Shown: one piece after another, positions 53,101 to 64,000 of the stretch
Layout of the letters: each line of letters starts with the position of its first letter
How positions within the stretch are numbered: position 1 is the first letter of the stretch
Assembly (NCBI RefSeq): GCF_963676685.1
Contig: NC_092355.1
Coordinates: forward strand, 67,518,001-67,582,000
Direction: 5' to 3'
DNA length: 64,000 nucleotides
Origin: Mytilus edulis
Lineage: Eukaryota
The notes under the pieces: generated by a model
Database searches by the model: none
What the model was told of the DNA's origin: nothing
Seen by the model: the letters and a program-made list of their open reading frames with translations, nothing else
Position numbers and translations under genes: made by a program

Positions 53101-54063
53101 TAATTTCCAAATTGTACACAAGAAACTAAAATTAAAATAATAATAAGAAAGCACATTTTCAATCATGTGACTGTTCTTGGTGACATAGTACCTTCCATTC
53201 TTGTATTATTTTAAATATCAAAGAAATTTAAAAAAAAAAAAAAACACAAAAAAAAACACAAAAAAAAACACAAACAAAATGAAAAAGAATTATTTAAAAT
53301 ACTTTCCAAGTATCTAAATATTTTATAAACAATATGATAAAAGATTTAAGAAATATGCAAAATGATAAACCTTTTTATAAGGTGCCAATTAAAGATCAGA
53401 GTTAAATGGCCGTCAAGTAAAATCAGTTGTTTTTGTCCTTGAATTTTGATTTTGATTTCTTTTTTTTTTTGTTTTCTTTCTTTTTATAAACTTAGTTAAA
53501 AGTGTACCAAAGTTCCCTTATGTGCAATTTACACATTCAATTGAAATAAAGGGAATAAAATTAAGGCAATCCTTGCGTTATTTGATATCCACTATGTTAG
53601 TTACAAACTAAGTTGAATTTATATATGACTTTTAACTATTCAAAAAATAATGAACAATATTAAAAGTTTTCAATGTAATATTTGTTCATTTATGACATCC
53701 TGAATTTTATATGGAAAAAAAATAGAACATGCAAGTTCTACTGCATATACATGTATTTATAATAAAAAGAAAATTATGTTATATGAATATGAACATTATA
53801 TATGCGTAGAATAAAATCGACATTATTATTATTGTACAAAGTTACTCTGTATCGCCACGGCCACGGCCACGCCCTCTACCTCTTCCTCTTCTGTTGCGAG
53901 ATTGGCTTCTAGGTCTACGAGTCGGTGGAAGCGGAATGTTGAGGATTTGGTGCACTGCTTGCTTAATATTAGAAGCAAGATATTACACACCCTTATCGTT
54001 TAGGTGATACAAGTCATTTTGCAGTAATTCATCATTTGCCTGACCCTCATAATACATGTTGTT
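50169..54063 (-). mobile_element. L2/CR1-like LINE: ORF1 C-terminus (esterase-like DxxH and RG tail, 53842-54063), inter-ORF region, ORF2 APE endonuclease and RT; 3'-truncated, with a nested repeat at about 52917-53145
   Basis: ORF1 NDLYHLNDKGV...RGRGRGRGRG; EN motifs FAETH, CGDLNARI, VDY, SDHC; RT motifs KSPGLD, YRGLT, FVDFHKAFD, YADD. Confidence 0.9.
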
Positions 54064-54247
54064 ATGTTCAATGAGTTGGACTTTTGGACCCCTTACAAAT
54101 ATAGATTTATTTCGTCTTCAAGCCATTGTTCAACTACTAAATTGTCTATTCTTCTTACCAGCACACTTAGTACAATTAAAAACCTGATAATAAATTGTTC
54201 AAATAAGGCCTTCGAAAATAGTGGAATAAATTACTTTTGGAGTGTCA
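54064..54247 (+). mobile_element. Short Penelope-like RT N-terminal fragment at the inversion junction
   Basis: PYKYRFISSSSHCSTTKLSILLTSTLSTIK...SGINYFWSVK. Confidence 0.6.
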
Positions 54248-57130
54248 AAGAAATCAAAATCAAAAGTCAAGGACAAAAACAACTGATTTTACTTGACCGC
54301 CATTTAACTCTGATCTTTAATTGGCACCTTGTAAAAAGGTTTATCATTTTGCATATTTCTTAAATCTTTTATCATATTGTTTATAAAATATTTAGATACT
54401 TGGAAAGTATTTTAAATAATTCTTTTTCATTTTGTTTGTGGTTTTTTTGTTTTTTTTTTTTTTAATTTCTTTGATATTTAAAATAATACAAGAATAGAAG
54501 GTACTATGTCACCAAGAACAGTCACATCATTGAAAATGTGCTTTCTTATTATTATTTTAATTTTAGTTTCTTGTGTACAATTTGGAAATTAGTATGGCGT
54601 TCATTATCACTGGACTAGTATATATTTGTTTAAAATAATTCAGTATTTAATTCTTGTCTTTCTCATGGTTTATACCCAAGAAATTGGACCGAAGGTTATA
54701 TCACAGTATTACATAAGTCAGGTGAAGTCACTGACCCAAATAATTATAGAGGACTAACCATCACTAATGCAATTGGTAAGCTTTTTAACAGTATACTCAA
54801 TATAAGGTTGGATAGTTTTTTAGAAGAAAATAATGTAATTAATGATTGTCAAATAGGTTTCACAAGAAAGGCAAGAACATCTGACCATATGTTTGTTTTA
54901 AAATGTATGTTTGCTAAATACTGTAATACTAAGGATGGTAGAGTGTTTGCTTGCTTTGTTGATTTTCATAAAGCTTTTGATAAAGTAATACATACAGGAA
55001 TTAGATTTAAGCTGTTAGAGATTGGGGTTAGTTCAAGGTTTTATAGCGTTATAAAGAATATGTATCTTGAAACTAGATCTTGTATAAAAATACATGATAA
55101 AATAACGTAATTCTTTCAAACAAAGCTTGGTGTTAAACAAGGAGAGTCCTAACTTGTTTAAAATATTTATAAATAGCCTTACAGATTATTTTACACAAAC
55201 CAGAGATCCAATTATGCTGGATGGAAAACTCATTCATTGCCTTATGTATGCTGATGACATTGTAATGTTATCTAACTCAGCAGAAGGACTACAAGAAAAA
55301 TTAAATAAACTTCATGATTTTTGCAATGATTGGTGCTTGAATATAAATACTAAGAAAACTAAAGTGTTGATATTCAACAAGGCAGGCAGACATATCTCTC
55401 AAAAATTTATTTTCAACAAAGATGAGCTGGAGTGTGTATCTAATTATAAATATTTGGGTATCCAATTTAATGCATCATGTTCTTTTTCATATGCTCAGAA
55501 TGATTTATACCAAAAGCCTTAAAAGCATACTTTAAACTTTTTTAGTGCATAATCCTACTGTTAAAAATGCAATTCATGTTTTTGACCATACAATAAAGCC
55601 TATACTTTTATACGGGTGTGAAATTTGGGGATATTTCAATCCCTTTACTGCACGTTTAAAAAAAGAAAACATATCGGTGGATACAATTTACTCAAGGATA
55701 CTTTGTGAAAAACTTCATATTAAATTCTGCAAATATATTTTAGGTGTTAATAGAAAAAGTACAAACTTTGCAGTTTTGTCTGAATTAGGCAGTTTTCCAC
55801 TTCACTATGATATAGTCAAACATGTTTTAGGATATTGGCATCATTTAGAAAATATTGGCTCATCATTTCCCTTGTTAAAAGCTGCATATAATTGTTCTAA
55901 AAATCTATTTGAAACAAAAAAAAAACTCTTGGTATGGATCAATTAATATTTTAAGGGAAAAAATGTCAGGCATAGAAAAGCATATTCCTGAAAAATATTC
56001 AACATTTAAACTACACTGTGGTCAGATTGTAAAGGGATACTATACTGCATTGTGGAAAAAACAGCTAGATATTCATAAAGATGGTAAACTACGAACTTAT
56101 GTAACATTCAAGTGCAACTTCGGTTTTGAAAATTATTTGTCAATAATTCAACATTTTGAGCAAAGGAAATGTATTACTAGATTAAGAATATCTGCTCACA
56201 AATTACAAATTGAATCTGGTAGATACCAGGGTACTCTTCGACAAAACCGAATTTGTCTCAGGTGCACCTCAGGTGAGGTTGAAGATGAAGTTCATTTTTT
56301 ATTTAAATGTGACACTCATTTATTAAAAAGAGAGGAAATTGATGCAAATATATTAAAATCATGTCCAAAATTTAAATAATGATAACAAATTAATTTGGAT
56401 AATGAATAATGAGGATCCCAATGTACTATTTGCATTTTATAAATATATAGAAGATACTAAGAATTGAAGGACAACTTAATCTGCAATAACTAATTCATTA
56501 TAACTCTTTAATATGAATTTGGATACCCTGTTTAGCCTGCACAGATCATAAGAAGAATTTCAAATTCTCTGGCACCGTCCCTTGAAGATCCTTGCTGGCT
56601 GGACACAGAATCTTTAATCTTAAAATATGTTTTTAAAATATCTGCATTAAGTACAAGTAGGGACTTCCCTTTAAGCACCGACTCTTGTTGCTTTCTGCAG
56701 ATAAGTCATATTAAATATCCTTTATTAAATATACTTGTTATTTGCAGTATACCTCATAGTCAAATGTGCGAGTGCTTAATTGGTTTTTTTTTGTTGTTAT
56801 ATTTTTTGTGTTTTTTATATTGAGATTTCTCCGCACAAACTACTAATGCCTCATGTTTGTCTTTTCAAAGTGAAAATACACTTACCGGGTGCACTTGAGT
56901 CAATGTCAACATAGTATTCATTGAATAATAATACATTGCTACTATTTTGTTGAGTGTATTTTCTGTGGTTTATTATTTTATTTTATTATTTTTATAACAC
57001 TTGTTACATATCTTTTATTGTTTGTGTATTGCATATGTTATTGTTTATAATAATATTGTCTGTATGCTATATGCCCTCCTGGGGCCCTAATTTGGTGAAT
57101 AAAAATATTCTTTTCTATTCTATTCTATAA
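54248..57130 (+). mobile_element. Inverted, internally deleted duplicate of the same LINE, continuing to its 3' tail
   Basis: 54248-54632 is the reverse complement of about 53065-53451; 54644-55764 is the reverse complement of 50169-51297; then RISAHKLQIESGRY...EDEVHFLFKC, AATAAA and a (TTCTA)n tail. Confidence 0.9.
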
Positions 57131-57399
57131 CAACTGAGTTTATTAACATGATTATGCATGTGCACAGTACTTTTAAAATAGCTTGATAAAAGTTTGTCTA
57201 AAACTTGAGTTACGGTCATCTTTCAAAGTTACGACCATCTTGTGTCGGTTACGACCATCATCCAAAATACTATAGTTGACATTACGACCATCACAAGTTA
57301 AAGTTACGACCATCATGCTCGAATTTTTGAATGACTATTTTACGAAATTGGAATGATTTTATGTGTCAAATTTGGTTTCAATAAGAATGCACTCACGAT

Positions 57400-58660
57400 A
57401 TAAAATTGAGAATGGAAATGGGGAATGTGTCAAAGAGACAACAACCCGCCCAAATAAAAAACAACAGCAGAGGGTCACCAACAGGTCTTCAATGTAGCAA
57501 GAAATTCCCGCACCCGGAGGCGCCCCTCAGCCGGCCCCCAAACAAATATACACCAGTCCAGTGATAATGAACGCCATACTAATTTCCAAATTGTACACAA
57601 CAAACTAAAATTAAAATAATACAAGACTAACAAAGGCCAGAGGCTCCTGACTTGGGACAGGCGCAAAAATGCGGCGGGGTTAAACATGTTTGTGAGATCT
57701 CAACCCTCCCCCTATACCTCTAACCAATGTAGTAAAGTAAACGCATAACAATACGCACATTAAAATTCAGTTCAAGAGAAATCCGAGTCTGATGTCAGAA
57801 GATGTAACCAAAGAAAATAAACAAAATGACAATAATACATAAATAACAACAGACTACTAGCAGTTAACTGACATGCCAGCTCCAGACTTCAACTAAACTG
57901 ACTGAAAGATTATGATTTCATCATATGAACATCAGGCACAATCCTTCCCGTTAGGGGTTTAGTATCATACCATCATAACATATATGAGAAGAACATAACC
58001 CGTGTCATGCCAACAACTGTTTTTAGAATAAATGTGTTTAGTTCCGATGCAAAGACCTTATCAGTGACTCAATATTAACGCCAAAATATGCAATCTTTAA
58101 TGACTTGACAACAGTATCGTAATTATATCCCTTCTTAATAAGTCTATTCAAAGGTTTTGTAAGTTTCTGAGGTGAATACTGACACCTTTGTGCTTTATAA
58201 AGAATATTACCATAAAAAATTGGATGTGAGATACCTGAACGTATTAGAAGTCTGCATGTTGACCTATATTTACGAATGATGTCTTTATACCGATGATAAA
58301 ATTTAGTAAATGTTTTGACTAGTTTGTGATATCGAAAACCCTGGTGTAATAATTTTTCAGTAATACATAAATTTCTCTCGTTAAAATCTAAAACATTGTT
58401 ACATACACGAGCGAATCGTACAAGTTGAGATATATAAACACCGTAAGATGGTGACAAGGGAACGTCACCATCTAAAAACGGATAATTAACGATAGGAAAT
58501 GAAAAATCATCCCTTTTATCATAAATTTTAGTATTCAGCTTTCCATTAGTGATATAGATATCAAGATCGAGAAAAGGGCAGTGGTCATTGTTAGTATTAG
58601 CTTTATTTAAAGTAAGTTCAACAGGATAAATTTCATTAATATACATACTGAAGTCGTCAT
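57400..58660 (-). mobile_element. 5'-truncated Penelope-like element: RT thumb/C-terminus (58038-58660) plus 3' region; no C-terminal GIY-YIG
   Basis: IYPVELTLNK, PFLDLDI, KIYDKRDDFSFPIVNYPFLDGDVPLSPSYGVYISQLVRFARVC, uninterrupted; 3'-end sequence also at 33850-34110, 48925-49050, 52917-53145 and 62035-62100. Confidence 0.85.
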
Positions 58661-58990
58661 GTATATGAGACAAGTGGTTTGACTCAAATGAACCTTTTAC
58701 TGCACGAAAATCGGAAAAGAAAAACTTATCCCTAGAGTTCAACTTGTCTCCCATATTCAGATGGTCGTAACTTTAGTTACGACCATCCGCTTACCACCAG
58801 TGAGAATGTTTAAAACCATATATACATTATTATATGTGAAAAAACGTAGTATATCTTAATGAAACAGTACTTTTAAGTATGCCAGACGCACATTATTTCT
58901 CCAAAAGATTCATCAGAGACGATCGAAGGACGAAAGTTGATAAGCAGTAAACATGGTAAATTGTTACTTCGTATATAGTTCGTATATATA

Positions 58991-59093
58991 CACAGCTACT
59001 TTTAGTATAGGTACTATTTCTGAATATTAAAAGTAGATTTCCAGTACTTCAAATTTTTAGTACAGAAATAGTACCTATGCAAAAGTAGCTGTG
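58991..59093. mobile_element. 103-bp hairpin MITE with TA flanks
   Basis: ta|cacagctacttttagtataggtactatttctg ... cagaaatagtacctatgcaaaagtagctgtg|ta. Confidence 0.75.
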
Positions 59094-59730
59094 TAAAGAC
59101 CTACCGAATTAAACTATTTACCGGAATTGTAATAACATAAGCAACACGATGTGTGCCATACGAGGAGCAGGATCTGCTTACCTTTCAGGAGCACCTGAGA
59201 CCACCCCTAGTTTTTTGGTGGGGTTCGTGTTGCTTAGTCTTTAGTTTTCTTTGTTGTGTCTTCTGTGTTATTATTTGTTTGTTTTTTCCTTTTTCTTTTT
59301 AGCCATGGCGTTGTCAGTTTATTTTCGATGTATGAGTTTGGCTCTCCCTCTGGTATCTTTCGTCCCTTTTCTATGACAAATTTAAAAAATCCTGGTGAAT
59401 ACTTTTTTAAAGACAGCGTAATGTTTTCAAAATATTTTAAATACAAACTTGTACTTCGATATATCAGTTTCACATGGTCAATTCGTTCCTTAATTTCGAC
59501 TTGTTTGAGACCGGGGTGTACTTATAAACCATGAAGTGACATCTTAGTTTCAATTTCGTCAAGGGATCAACAGTCCAGTAGTCAGCACTGCTGTGTTGAC
59601 ATGAATTATTATTGAATCATATATGGTCATAACTATAAATCACTGTTTACAAGACTGCGATTTTTTTTAATCCTCAATGCTCTTCAACCTCGTACTTTTT
59701 TGGGGCCATTTTAAAATGCTTTGTATTCGA

Positions 59731-59774
59731 GCGTCACTGATGAACCTTTTGTTGACGAAACGTACGTCTGGCGC
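59731..59774 (+). ncRNA. Minimal type I hammerhead motif, core intact but stem II disrupted
   Basis: GCGUCA-CUGAUGA-ACCUUUUGUUGAC-GAAA-CGUACGUC-UGGCGC. Confidence 0.65.
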
Positions 59775-60921
59775 AAATACAAAATTTCAATCCTGGTATC
59801 TTTGATAAGTTTATTTATTACATTATAGTGAATTAAAAGAGGGGCGAAAGATACCAGAGGCACAGTCAAACTCATAAACTGACAACGTCATGGCTAAAAG
59901 ATAAAAAGACAAACAAACAAAAATAGTACAGAAGACACAACATAAAAAACTAAAGACTAATCAACACGAACCCCACCAAAATCTGGGGGTGATAGAAAAG
60001 TAGAACAACATGATTACTACAGGACATATTTAGATAGTCGTATTTACACAGTTATAACTTTGTAATTTTAATTGATAATAAGGACAGTCATGAAAGTGAA
60101 AAACAATTTTAAAGGAAATATCACAAACTATGATTTCAAAAGAAATGATTAATCTAACATTTTCTAAAAGTATTTAAATTGGCCTTTTTTTGGATGGAAA
60201 TTTTAAAAAATACACCAGTGTTATTGAATAAAAATGTAAAGTTGAACTATTTCATATAACGTTAGACACTATTACAATGTATGTTTATTTTGTCTTAAAG
60301 AGCACGCAAATGCTACTAAAGCTTGTCTCAGATTTAGTGAACGAAGACCAATCTTTAATATATTTGAAATCAACAAAAATAGATCCAGCCGTTATTTCTT
60401 ATTAGGACATGATATCAGAAATCTGAGAGACCATTTTGGATCTGGTATTATGTGCCTATTATTATGAATAGAGCAAACAGTGCCGTTTGAAAACTGAAAG
60501 TGCTAATTCCGAAAACAAGTAAATTATATTTTTTTTCTCCAAATATGGAATTTTATTTTGTGTTTTCCTGTTTTATGTTAAGCTGTGTGTTAATTATATT
60601 ACACAATGATTATAATTATAGTATATCATATGTCTGTTTGTCTCATTACATGAGATGACGCATTCAACAACAAAAAACAGTATGTTGTTCTACAAGTGAA
60701 AGATATCGTTTCGATAGGTAATTTTTTATTAAATTCCGTCGTTGATGCAATAAAAATATATCAAAACTCTGAAGATGAACTCATCTGATCCTGAGAATCA
60801 GATGTCACACTTTATTTTGCTAATAAAACATCTTGATAAGAGTAATTTTGTTACAAGAGTTCATTTTGCAACAACCTGATATGAACAGTAAAATAGTTCT
60901 TTAATTGCTAAATTTATAAAT

Positions 60922-61292
60922 AACAACAATGTGTCCATAGTATACGGATGATCCAATTACACTTCCATTTTTTCTATGTTCATTGGACCGTGAAATTGGG
61001 GTAAAAACTCTAATTTGGCATTAAAATTATAAAGATTATATCATAGGGAACATGTGTTCTATGCTTCAAATTGATTGGACTTCAACTTCATCAACAACTA
61101 CCTTGACCAAGAACTTTAGCCAAATACTTCAACCTGAAGCGGGACAGGACAAACGAACAAACAAACGGAAGGACGGACGACCGAACGAACGAACAGATGG
61201 ACGGACGGACGAACTGACGAACTGACGAACTGACGCACAGACGAGAAAACATAATGCCCATAAATGGGTCATAATAGATGGGGCATAAAAAA
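60922..61292 (+). mobile_element. HINE/pearl-like (Helentron-associated) non-autonomous element
   Basis: Core unit, then a GACG/GAAC tetranucleotide microsatellite, then a 3' palindrome atgccc...gggcat and an A-run. Confidence 0.6.
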
Positions 61293-62687
61293 AAACACCG
61301 GTTGAACAGGACAAGACAAATAAGCAAATCCTTTCAGATTCAAATTAAACTTCAATCAGTATTTATCTAAAAATTCTTTGCGACTTATCATCATTTACTC
61401 AAGTGTTTGACCCAAATCAAATCATGCTACCATGACGTGGTTTATGATCGGATTTTTGTTTAGTCAAAAATACAGCCTTTAACTGATTTAGCAATAGATG
61501 TTTCTGAAATTATAACAATGCATAAGAAATCAGATGTTTATAGATTAGCAATGCATATCTACTCACAAATCAAACCGTTTATTCTAAAATTCTAAAAATA
61601 CGACAATTTTTATATACATTTCCTATTTACTATATGACAGGCAGAGGGTATGAGAAAGGATAAACAAGTATCAAAAAGATGGCTAGATGTTAATAGAACA
61701 TGTACAGCAGAGAATACCGATATTACATAAATTAAAAGTATATACTTGAAACCTAACTTGTACTATATTAACAAGCTGAGTCCGATTTTAAACGTGCTAT
61801 TTCAGAAGGTTATTCAACAGTATTAAATATTACCCTACCAAGATTTTTTTCTCATAAATGAAAATGTTTCCCTTCTGGAATATTCTAAATCTTGGAAGCT
61901 ATTGATGACATATTGATGCATGAACTACACAATTTATTTATTTATTTATTTGGGAGGATTCGTGTTGCTCAAACAATGGTCTGTTGTGTATAGTTCAGTG
62001 CACTGTTGTTTTTCATTTTTAACTTTTTTTCTTTTATAAAACTGAGAATGGAAATGGGGAATGTGTCAAAGCGACAACAACTCGGTCATAGAGCAGACAA
62101 CTTTTATGCATGTTCTTCATTTCCCCGTCACTTTACATTTTTGCAAGTTGATTTTAATTCATAAGCAATGTTTTATTAGGTAAATTTCATCGTTGCTCTG
62201 TGACTTTATATTCTAATGTTTCCATGAAAGGTTTTTTTGACATGAACGTTAATATTTGTGATCATAAACTATAAACGACAATAAAACCAAACCCTTCTTG
62301 GCAAAGAAAAAGGAAAATTGTTCCCACATTTTACGTTGTCATTTCATTCACAAAAACAAATCTCCATATGAATATACAGTACATTAAAACGTGTTTTGTT
62401 CTATTTATAGATCGAGTTCTAACCTACTGGGGAATCCCAAATGAAGTTTATTTAAATCGCCAACGATATATACTTTAAATCATATACAAAATAGGCTATA
62501 GTCATACGGTGAAGTGGATACTATTAACTATGTACTTTGTGATATCAAACGAGATCACTTCCTTGTTAGAGTTTTAAACAGTAAATGCGCATTTTTGTGA
62601 AAGTTATGTAGGAAGGGGATACACAAATTAACAGAGACAATACACAACTACCTTGAGGAATAAAAGTGACTTTATTAATAAGAAAAT

Positions 62688-62741
62688 ATGTTATTTTTTG
62701 TGATTTATATGGTGTTTACTGTAGTAGCAGTCAGTTCACAG
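62688..62741 (+). CDS. Probable signal-peptide exon (MLFFVIYMVFTVVAVSSQ) of a secreted-protein gene continuing beyond the window
   Basis: ATG, 18 codons with a hydrophobic core and V-S-S cleavage pattern, consensus CAG|GTAAGT donor in phase 0. Confidence 0.6.
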
Positions 62742-63694
62742 GTAAGTGAAGTTTGTGTGTATATCTAAATATGTATATAATTAAATCTTCTATGTGTGAT
62801 CTTAAAACTTATATTTATACACTTATCAGATTGACATTCCTAACGAGGGCAGGCATGTAAAATATGATTAAACTAATACAATACAATAAGTTCAACATGT
62901 TCAATAGAGTGTTAATTGGTGGAATTTTAAACAATTAGACAGGTTCTCAATCCGATTTTTTTTTATCGGGGACGGGTTTTTAATTTTGCGAACTCTTAAT
63001 TCATTTCAAACAAAATGTCAGCCTAAGAATTTGGTCACGGTCATGTCAAATCTTCACTAAAATACACGATCAGAAGCTGTAATTGTATGTGTCTGACCTT
63101 TTCATGGACCCCTCTTAATGGAATTTGTATAAGTCAATATCTGGGATGTTTTTAAAAGACATACTATTAAGATCTTGTAATATGTCAAAATATAATAACA
63201 TTCCGACTGCCAAAACCATTTGTAGTTTAATGATTACAGACATTAAACCTAATTGAATCAGAAATACATCCATCTATGTCCGTCATATCATACAATTATA
63301 TTTATAAAGTAAGTTGCATGTTAATGTGTACATGAAGCTTTATAACGATCTCAGAAAATATTTGGAAAAGGTCACTATCAATGAGACATCAAGGCAAGTT
63401 GCAAAGACATAAATAATGTAAAGGATAATATGTATTCTTAAGATGGTGATGAGTAGCTGATCAACGTCCAGTGACAAATCAATATTCATATTCAGGACAA
63501 TAATATGTTAATGTAACATAATTATAATCTTCCCTTGTATTAGTTTGACACGGTGAGCTGAATTGTTCATAAATAATGTAGAGGATAGTAGTTATTATTC
63601 AGTTGATGATGGGTAACTTTTTAACATTCAGCGGCAAACTGATCTTCATATTCAGGACCAAAAAAACATTTTAATGTAACATGATTATAAAACC

Positions 63695-63920
63695 TCAAAG
63701 AGCGACACGCTGAGTCGGATTGTTAACGTTCTAGTTCACAAGTCCGCATGGAGACATGTCACCTTACCCAGGCACGTCATTCTGGTTTCGTGCCGACCAG
63801 GCCGAGTGCTTAGCGGAGAAGCAGCGCACGCCAATTTTAAAGTCTTTGGTTTTACCAGGTCGGGATTCGACCCACAATTCCCTACATTCGATGCAAACAC
63901 ACTACCACGATACCAGCTAT
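63695..63920 (-). mobile_element. tRNA-derived SINE, Meta-domain type, degenerate
   Basis: Reverse complement: tRNA-like head with gggtcgaatccc B box, then ccaaagactttaaaattggc...gctgcttctccgctaagcac. Confidence 0.7.
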
Positions 63921-64000
63921 GCAGTTGCATTCTTTATCAATAGATAGGTATCTATATACAAGCTTAATCACAAATTGGTAAACAAAATTAATCACTAAAG

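Larger units (their letters stand above)
47099..58802. mobile_element. 11.7-kb composite bounded by diverged TIRs of about 290 bp (CACTGGTGGTAAGCGGATG); the right TIR is split by a Penelope insertion
   Basis: 47099-47385 matches the reverse complement of 58661-58802 joined to about 57280-57399; GTTACGACCATC subterminal repeats; flanks aaaat / agaat. Confidence 0.75.

Noticed and set aside
58661-58754. N-terminus of the 238-aa ORF 58038-58754 as a real protein start
   Set aside because: These codons come from the TIR of the CACTGG element; the ORF is a chance fusion at the insertion junction

Overview
AT-rich, intron-containing animal genomic DNA. The repeat landscape (Penelope-like RT fragments, minimal hammerhead ribozymes, Deu/Nin- and Meta-type SINEs, HINE-like elements) suggests a bivalve, probably a Mytilus mussel (inference). 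The ORF track misses the real genes because they are spliced. Read by hand, the window holds: (1) a minus-strand cluster of secreted BRICHOS-domain precursor genes. Gene A (403-4305) has its last exon left of the window. A pseudogene sits at 9748-10463. Gene B (29200-39978) has a candidate last exon encoding a furin site (RFKR) and a short Cys-containing peptide, the layout of annelid BRICHOS antimicrobial-peptide precursors. (2) A plus-strand PAN/apple plus C-type-lectin gene (11534-14161) whose last exon is tandemly duplicated (18288-18508) with only non-synonymous differences. (3) A signal-peptide exon of another secreted gene at 62688. Most of the rest is nested mobile DNA: L2/CR1-like LINEs (one inversely duplicated), Penelope-like fragments, a 4.1-kb TA-TSD foldback element, three CACTGGTG-ended elements up to 11.7 kb, MITEs, SINEs and hammerhead motifs. 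All calls were made by eye, with no database searches.
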